Below are positions 58,746 to 64,000 of a DNA stretch of 64,000 bases, in pieces. Numbering within the stretch: position 1 is the stretch's first letter; the number at the start of each line of letters is the position of its first letter. The position numbers and the translations under genes are program-made. The notes beneath the pieces are model-generated. The model saw only the letters and a list, made by a program, of their open reading frames with translations. It did no database searches and was not told the DNA's origin. This DNA is from Bacteroidota bacterium (GTDB lineage Bacteria > Bacteroidota > Bacteroidia > UBA4408), in the NCBI GenBank assembly GCA_040385525.1, contig JAZKHE010000004.1, positions 35,357 through 99,356 of the forward strand, written 5' to 3'.

Positions 58746-59297
58746 ATGGAAACAACTGTAAATCAGAGAATTAAAGACTATATTAAAATTAAAGGAATAA
58801 AATACACGGAAATTGCGGTAGCTGTAGGTTTAAGCAACCCAAATTTACATCGCTTATTATCATCTGACGATATAAAGGTAAGTATGCTTGTAAAGTTCTG
58901 TAAGGCTCTTAATGTAGATATGGATTACTTCATAGAAGGAAAGAGTAACCTACTTGCAGAGAAAAAATTTGCTTTAACGAAAAGCAAAAACAAACTAGAA
59001 AAATTAAATCAATTTTTAATAACCTTAAATAAAACATTAAATCAATTACCAGAAAAACAACAAAAACAAATCACTAGTATTTTTAACGAGTTTGATTTAG
59101 AAACTTTAAATATGGAAATTAAAAAAATTAATACCGTAAACAATCATCTCAAATCAATTGGTTTATCAGAATTACCTGTTCCAGATAAATCGAATAATAA
59201 TCAAGATTTAATTCAAAAAACACTTTTAAATCAAAGTGATCTAACCCAATTGATATGGTTAATTGAACATGCTTTACAACAAAATCAAGAAGAATAA
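58746..59297 (+). CDS. XRE/cI-like HTH repressor.
   Basis: N-terminal HTH (IKGIKYTEIAVAVGLSNPNLHRLLS). 183 aa. Divergent from the integrase. Confidence 0.6.
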   Translation: METTVNQRIKDYIKIKGIKYTEIAVAVGLSNPNLHRLLSSDDIKVSMLVKFCKALNVDMDYFIEGKSNLLAEKKFALTKSKNKLEKLNQFLITLNKTLNQLPEKQQKQITSIFNEFDLETLNMEIKKINTVNNHLKSIGLSELPVPDKSNNNQDLIQKTLLNQSDLTQLIWLIEHALQQNQEE

Positions 59298-59304
59298 ATT
59301 TACA

Positions 59305-60492
59305 TTAGCTAGCTTTTTTTACCTGACTCCTATTATTCAACTTATCCATTTCATTAAACAAAACAGAGTCAATTATTTTAGCATAAATTTGGGTTACTTT
59401 CAAATCTTTATGACCTAGTATTTTACTTACAATGTGAATTGGAATACCTTTAGCAATTGCAATCACTGCAAAAGTATGACGACTACAGTGAAATGTAATT
59501 TGCTTTTTAACGCCAGCTTTTTCAATAATTTTTTCAAGCTGCCTATTTACAACTTGATTAGTTGCCACCTTAAACACTTTACTATCACTTTTATTAGATA
59601 AATCTATTAATTCTTTAGCAGAATCAATTAAAGGAATTCTTACTTGCTCTTTTGTTTTGTGCATTATTATTACAATTAAGTTATCTTTTATATCACTATA
59701 GCGCAAATTCTTTATATCTGTGTAGCGCAATCCAGTGTAACAACAAAATAAAAAATACTTTAAAACATATTTTTGAGCTTGAGAAATATCAGAATGCAAC
59801 AAATTTTCCAAATCAATTAACTCTTTTTCGTTGCAATAATCTCTGTAAGTTGATTCTGTTTTTAACTTGTAGTTTTCAAAAACTTCATTTTGAGTTAAAC
59901 CTTGTGCTTTAGCTCTATTCACAAAATTCCTAATAAAGCGCATAGATTTATGTATGGTGTTTGTTTTATTACCTAATTTATCCCGCATATGTGCAGCATA
60001 CGCATTTAAAAAAGGAATCGTAATGTCATTAAACGATAAATTAGGGCTAAACTTTTTTAATTTGCTAGAATCACATTTTATTGTGTGAGATGAACTTACT
60101 GAATTATGCTTAGTTGTTTTATTTGCTTCAAGTTCATTATCAACAAAATCAAAGAAATTAATTACTTTTTTTTGTTTAAACTCATTTTCAAAATCATAAA
60201 ACGTTAATGATTTACGACTTACTGCATAAGAAAAAAGTATTTCCTCAGCTTTGTTAGTTGCAGACTTTATGAGTAGATTTTTCTCATCAGTTGTTTCACA
60301 ATTTTTGGACTTAATGTGAAACATTTTTTCATCCCAATCTTTTTCCTGACAAGAAACATTTAATGAATAAAGTTTTATTTGTCTGTTGATTGTTAATCTC
60401 AGGTAAATTGGATGTTCACCATTTTTCTTTTTAAAATCCTTTCTAAGGACTGGTTTTACTGTTGTTGCCATTTGTTTTACATTGTAAAACAA
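59305..60492 (-). CDS. int: Tyrosine-type site-specific integrase (Bacteroidetes CTn/phage-integrase family).
   Basis: C-terminal catalytic region HCSRHTFAVIAIAKG...ILGHKDLKVTQIYAKI (R..H..R..Y). Possible start at the internal MATTVKPV (60471). Adjacent to the tRNA-Asp 3' end. Confidence 0.85.
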   Translation of the reverse strand: MFYNVKQMATTVKPVLRKDFKKKNGEHPIYLRLTINRQIKLYSLNVSCQEKDWDEKMFHIKSKNCETTDEKNLLIKSATNKAEEILFSYAVSRKSLTFYDFENEFKQKKVINFFDFVDNELEANKTTKHNSVSSSHTIKCDSSKLKKFSPNLSFNDITIPFLNAYAAHMRDKLGNKTNTIHKSMRFIRNFVNRAKAQGLTQNEVFENYKLKTESTYRDYCNEKELIDLENLLHSDISQAQKYVLKYFLFCCYTGLRYTDIKNLRYSDIKDNLIVIIMHKTKEQVRIPLIDSAKELIDLSNKSDSKVFKVATNQVVNRQLEKIIEKAGVKKQITFHCSRHTFAVIAIAKGIPIHIVSKILGHKDLKVTQIYAKIIDSVLFNEMDKLNNRSQVKKAS

Positions 60493-60610
60493 TTGTTAAA
60501 CATTTTAACCAAAATTGCTAAAATTAGAGATTCTCTATTTTTAGAAAACGCCGCCAAACGCCTATAAAACAAAGAAACCTAAAATTACATTTCTGTAATT
60601 TTAGGTTCTG

Positions 60611-60626
60611 AGCGGTCCGGACGGGA
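60611..60626. repeat. attL core: 16-bp direct repeat overlapping the tRNA-Asp 3' end.
   Basis: GCGGTCCGGACGGGAC, identical to 24967-24982. Confidence 0.7.
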
Positions 60627-60686
60627 CTCGAACCCGCGACCTCCGCCGTGACAGGGCGGCATTCTAACCAACTGAACTACCGGACC
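60612..60686 (-). tRNA. tRNA-Asp (anticodon GTC).
   Basis: Minus strand GGTCCGGTAGTTCAGTTGGTTAGAATGCCGCCCTGTCACGGCGGAGGTCGCGGGTTCGAGTCCCGTCCGGACCG. Cloverleaf with anticodon loop CTGTCAC. Confidence 0.9.
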
Positions 60687-60706
60687 AATGTCTTAGTTTA
60701 ACTCCG

Positions 60707-60778
60707 TAGCCCGTAGGGGAATCGAACCCCTGTTTCCAGGATGAAAACCTGGCGTCCTAACCCCTAGACGAACGGGCC
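60707..60778 (-). tRNA. tRNA-Glu (anticodon TTC).
   Basis: Minus strand GGCCCGTTCGTCTAGGGGTTAGGACGCCAGGTTTTCATCCTGGAAACAGGGGTTCGATTCCCCTACGGGCTA. Anticodon loop TTTTCAT. Confidence 0.85.
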
Positions 60779-60904
60779 AAAATGTTTTCCCTAATTGTTG
60801 GGACTGCAAAAGTAATACTCTTTTTATTCTCTGCAAATTTTTTATCGCTTATTTTTAAAAAAATCTACGTTTTTTCTTCCAAGTTTTTAAATTCTCCCTT
60901 TTTA

Positions 60905-62386
60905 TTAAGAATTTATGCGATTGATACCTGCTTTTGCTTTTTGCGATAAGCTATTTTTATACGCATGATTTTTTAATGATTGACACTTTTTGTAATAATA
61001 AAGTGCTTTTGCTTCATTCCCTTCTTTTTCATAGATATTACCTAAATGCAAAGCAGCACTAGCTGCAAAATAAAGTGGCTCCTTCTCTCCTTTTTGTAAA
61101 GTCAACTCGTAAAATTGTTTTGCTTTTTCTGTTTTAAGTTGCTTATCAAATATTCTTGCTATTCTATACACGTATTCTAAATAGAAATTTTTATTTATTA
61201 GCTCTGTTTTGCTTGTTTGCTGAAGTTTTCCTAATGCTTTTTCGTAATAACCTCCATCAAACAATAATCTAGCTTTTAGTAAAGATAAACTAGGTAGCGC
61301 GTTTTGTTTTGTTTCGTTTACAGCTTGTTTATCCTCGTCGGCAATTAAATTTCCATTCTTTAAAAGATTTTGAAGCGCATTATTAGCTTGCGTTTTATTA
61401 TTAAAAAGTAAATAATACCACCACAATCTTAAATAAGCTGCTTTTATGTAATTTTTACCTTTAAAATTATTAACATAACGCAATAGGTATTTATCTGCAT
61501 CAGCATCTAAACGCTTTAGTTTACAATCGCCCAACAAATAATCTAAATAATAAAAATGTTTGTGCTTACTATTAAAATTTGTGCTTTGCAGAATTTTAAT
61601 TGCAGCATCATTATTACCACTTTTTATATGCAAACTTGCTATACAAAAAACAATTAACGGTGTTTTAGGCAAACTATTTAATTCGTTTTGAAGCGATGAA
61701 AAATCAACTTTGCTGTTTTGTAAATTGCCTTCTACAAAAGTGCGGTATAAAATAATTTCGTGTGCATAGGCTTTGTTATTTGAATCTAACTCGCAAGCCA
61801 TATATGTAGCTTTTAATTCGTTTAAACCTTGCTTAATTGTTCCTTTAAAACCGAGTGTTGATGATAGCCATTGGTAATCTTCGGGAATTGTGCCAATTAA
61901 TGCATGCAACAATCCCATCGATTTTTTATTGAGATAAAATTCTGGATATAGTTTTTCGTTTTCGCTTAATAAATTGTATGCCTTATTAATTTCTAATGCA
62001 GCACTTACATAATCTTCGTGTTTTACTCTTGCAAAAGCCCATTGAAGATTAATCTCTGCTTGTAAAAATCGATAATAAGGACTGTTTTTCGGGCAATTTT
62101 CAGTTATAAAAGTTAAGTTTTTCTTTTTGTTATTTTTTAAACTTTTATAATCTAATTCGCTCTCATCTAAAATTAAATTTATACAATCAATATAATTGCT
62201 TAAATAAGCAGTGTAGGCATTTTTGGAATTTATTTTTTGTTCCTCTTCAATTATTTTTTTTGCTTCAATAAATCTAAACTCAAAACAAAATAACAATGCT
62301 TTTTGGCAGTTTTTATTTCTATCTAAAACAGCTTGAGCTTTAAAAAAACTTAAGAAACAAAAAATGAAAATTAATTTATATTTCAT
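60905..62386 (-). CDS. Secreted TPR-repeat protein.
   Basis: Signal peptide MKYKLIFIFCFLSFFKAQA. Multiple TPR-like helical repeats (..AYLRLWWYYLLFN.., ..ALHLGNIYEKEGNEAKALYYYKKCQ..). Confidence 0.65.
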   Translation of the reverse strand: MKYKLIFIFCFLSFFKAQAVLDRNKNCQKALLFCFEFRFIEAKKIIEEEQKINSKNAYTAYLSNYIDCINLILDESELDYKSLKNNKKKNLTFITENCPKNSPYYRFLQAEINLQWAFARVKHEDYVSAALEINKAYNLLSENEKLYPEFYLNKKSMGLLHALIGTIPEDYQWLSSTLGFKGTIKQGLNELKATYMACELDSNNKAYAHEIILYRTFVEGNLQNSKVDFSSLQNELNSLPKTPLIVFCIASLHIKSGNNDAAIKILQSTNFNSKHKHFYYLDYLLGDCKLKRLDADADKYLLRYVNNFKGKNYIKAAYLRLWWYYLLFNNKTQANNALQNLLKNGNLIADEDKQAVNETKQNALPSLSLLKARLLFDGGYYEKALGKLQQTSKTELINKNFYLEYVYRIARIFDKQLKTEKAKQFYELTLQKGEKEPLYFAASAALHLGNIYEKEGNEAKALYYYKKCQSLKNHAYKNSLSQKAKAGINRINS

Positions 62387-62438
62387 AAAAAAAGGGATTT
62401 CAAAACGAAATCCCTTTTACAAATGTATTAAATAAAAA

Positions 62439-63188
62439 TTAAGCCAAAATACCTTCTAATATTTCGCCATCAACTAGCACTCTACCGCAGTGTTCGCAAA
62501 CAATAATTTTTTTGTGTGTTTTAATGTCTAATTGAGTTTGTGGTGGTATTTTGTTAAAGCAACCTCCGCAAGCATCACGATTTAAAGTAACAACTGCTAA
62601 ACCATTTTTAGTGTTAGAACGGATACGTTTGTATGCACTTAATAAACGTGGCTCAATATTTTTTTCCGATTTTGCTGATTTTCCAATTAAATCTGATTCT
62701 TCTTTTTCTGTTTCAGCAACAATGTCTTTTAGCTCATTGCGTTTATGATCTAAATCGCTTTTTCTTTCGTTGTAACGAGTTGTAGCTGTTTCAAAAATTT
62801 CTTTTTTAGAATCAATAGCAATTTTGTACTCTTTAATTCTTTTTTCAGATAACTGAATATCTAAATTTTGAAACTCAATTTCTTTCGATAAAGAGTCGAA
62901 CTCACGGTTGTTTCTAACTTTATCTTGTTGTGCTTCGTATTTTTTTATTAAAGCTTGTGCATCTTTAATAGCATTCTTTTTTTCGTTAATTTGATTTTCA
63001 AGATTAGATAACTCTTCTGATAAATTAGTAATACGTGTATCTAAACCAGCTACTTCATCCTCTAAATCGCTAACTTCTAAAGGTAATTCACCTCTAACAA
63101 TTTTAATTTTATCAATTGACGAATCAATTTTTTGAAGTTGATAAAGGGCTCTTAATTTATCTTCAATTGCGATATCTTTTTCTGCCAT
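62439..63188 (-). CDS. COG1579-type coiled-coil protein with a C-terminal C4 zinc ribbon.
   Basis: Long coiled-coil region then CGGC...CEHCGRVL zinc ribbon. 249 aa. Confidence 0.65.
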   Translation of the reverse strand: MAEKDIAIEDKLRALYQLQKIDSSIDKIKIVRGELPLEVSDLEDEVAGLDTRITNLSEELSNLENQINEKKNAIKDAQALIKKYEAQQDKVRNNREFDSLSKEIEFQNLDIQLSEKRIKEYKIAIDSKKEIFETATTRYNERKSDLDHKRNELKDIVAETEKEESDLIGKSAKSEKNIEPRLLSAYKRIRSNTKNGLAVVTLNRDACGGCFNKIPPQTQLDIKTHKKIIVCEHCGRVLVDGEILEGILA

Positions 63189-63201
63189 TTTTTATTGTTT
63201 T

Positions 63202-64000
63202 TTATAAATAATTAATAGGATTCGTGTTTATTTCCGTTAAACGGACAGCAAATGTAGTAAAATTTTTATTAATTATTTCACTAAAAAGTTGTTTTGTGTA
63301 TTGTTCGCCTTCATAATGACCTATATCTGCAATAACAATGCGGTTTTCGGCATCAAAAAATTGATGGTACTTAAAATCAGACGATAAAAAAATATCTGCT
63401 CCAGCATTAATAGCATCGTTTAACAAAAAGCTACCAGAACCGCCGCACACAGCTACTTTTTTAACTTTTTTGTTTAATAACTTGGTGTATCTAAGGCTTT
63501 TAGCATCAAACACTTGTTTTATTGTGTTTAAAAAATCTAATTCGTTTTCTTCAACTTCTAACTCTCCTATTCTACCAGAACCCAAATCTGTCCAAACGTT
63601 ATCAATTGCAACAGTTTCGTAAGCAACTTCCTCGTAAGGGTGGTTTTGCTTTAACTTACTAATAATTTGATTTCTTAAATGATTCGGAAAAACAACTTCA
63701 ATTTTGGTTTCTGCCTCGCTGTGCAACTTGTTTAACTCGCCAACAAAAGGATTTGCGCCATTATTAGCCATAAAAGTTCCTGTTCCATTACTATTAAAAC
63801 TACAATTGCTATAATTACCAATATTGCCCGCTCCTGCTTCAAATAAAGCATTACGAACTTTATCGGCATCAGCCAAAGGTGCATAAGTAACTAATTTGCT
63901 AAGTGTATTTGTTTTGGGTACTAGTACTTTTTGATTTTTTAATTGAAGCAAGTCGCATATTTTTGCGTTTACACCATTATTTACATTATCAAAATTGGTA
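63202..64000 (-). CDS. Nif3-family (YqfO/YbgI-like) dinuclear-metal-centre protein. Partial: the N-terminus lies beyond the window end.
   Basis: C-terminal Nif3 motifs (AVCGGSGSFLLNDAINAGADIFLSSDFKYHQFFD; IADIGHYEGEQ). The frame stays open upstream of the TTG the ORF finder chose at 63951, reaching the window edge (...TNFDNVNNGVNAKICDLLQLKNQ). Confidence 0.7.
   Translation of the reverse strand, partial: TNFDNVNNGVNAKICDLLQLKNQKVLVPKTNTLSKLVTYAPLADADKVRNALFEAGAGNIGNYSNCSFNSNGTGTFMANNGANPFVGELNKLHSEAETKIEVVFPNHLRNQIISKLKQNHPYEEVAYETVAIDNVWTDLGSGRIGELEVEENELDFLNTIKQVFDAKSLRYTKLLNKKVKKVAVCGGSGSFLLNDAINAGADIFLSSDFKYHQFFDAENRIVIADIGHYEGEQYTKQLFSEIINKNFTTFAVRLTEINTNPINYL

Larger units (their letters stand above)
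24967..60626. mobile_element. ~35.7-kb integrative genomic island inserted at the tRNA-Asp 3' end. Carries an int/xis/repressor module and accessory cargo: RtcB-PrfH-protease, exosortase/VIT, type I R-M with an embedded cassette, and a polyamine-like operon.
   Basis: Flanked by the 16-bp direct repeats (attL overlaps the tRNA 3' end; attR at 24967). Tyrosine integrase at 59305-60492 sits immediately beside the tRNA. Xis-like and cI-like genes are adjacent. The cargo is defence/accessory type. Confidence 0.65.

Overview
This window reads as AT-rich Bacteroidota (Flavobacteriia-like) chromosome: four proteins end in T9SS (Por) C-terminal sorting domains and the promoters fit the Bacteroidetes TTG / TAnnTTTG type. 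It has three parts. (1) About 1-24.9 kb is core-like chromosome. It holds four paralogous large T9SS-secreted surface proteins that share an N-terminal beta-sandwich domain and tandem Ig-like repeats; two of them carry an almost identical ~105-bp promoter/5' leader. It also holds a ~204-bp intergenic repeat in two copies, an alpha/beta hydrolase, a PP2C/SpoIIE phosphatase, a small secreted protein built of 13-residue tandem repeats, a NUDIX enzyme, a fused E1 alpha/beta 2-oxoacid dehydrogenase, an LRR-OmpA protein, a BNR-repeat T9SS protein, a MORN-trypsin protease and an MFS transporter. (2) About 24.97-60.63 kb is a ~35.7-kb integrative genomic island inserted at the 3' end of tRNA-Asp(GTC). 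It is bounded by a 16-bp direct repeat of the tRNA 3' end (60611-60626 and 24967-24982) and carries a tyrosine integrase, an Xis-like HTH protein and a cI-like repressor next to the tRNA. Its cargo includes the following modules. (a) An RNA/ribosome-repair-like cluster: SPFH/band-7 protein, RtcB, a second RtcB, PrfH, and an unusual TM-less P-loop ATPase fused to an FtsH-type M41 peptidase (HEsGH) that is translationally coupled to prfH. A palindromic operator (TACGCAGTC-N-AATTGCG) sits upstream of one rtcB and again twice upstream of a WYL-domain regulator. (b) A cluster of degenerate tRNA-like fragments. (c) A WYL regulator, a PadR-like protein, and an exosortase with its VIT-domain PEP-CTERM-like multi-TM cargo. 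(d) A 1-kb non-coding stretch with phased T-tracts/iterons. (e) A type I R-M system (hsdM, hsdS, hsdR) with an embedded DUF262 / ABC-like ATPase (ENPEAHLHP) / 244-aa cassette. (f) An operon of SAM decarboxylase (SpeH-like), two Zn-ribbon/DUF4178-like proteins, DUF350, a membrane-anchored spermidine-synthase-like protein, a Tat-exported FAD amine-oxidase-like protein and a polytopic membrane protein. (3) About 60.6-64 kb holds tRNA-Glu and tRNA-Asp, a TPR protein, a COG1579 zinc-ribbon protein and a partial Nif3 gene. No CRISPR array or rRNA was seen. Composition differences between the island and the flanks were not computed.
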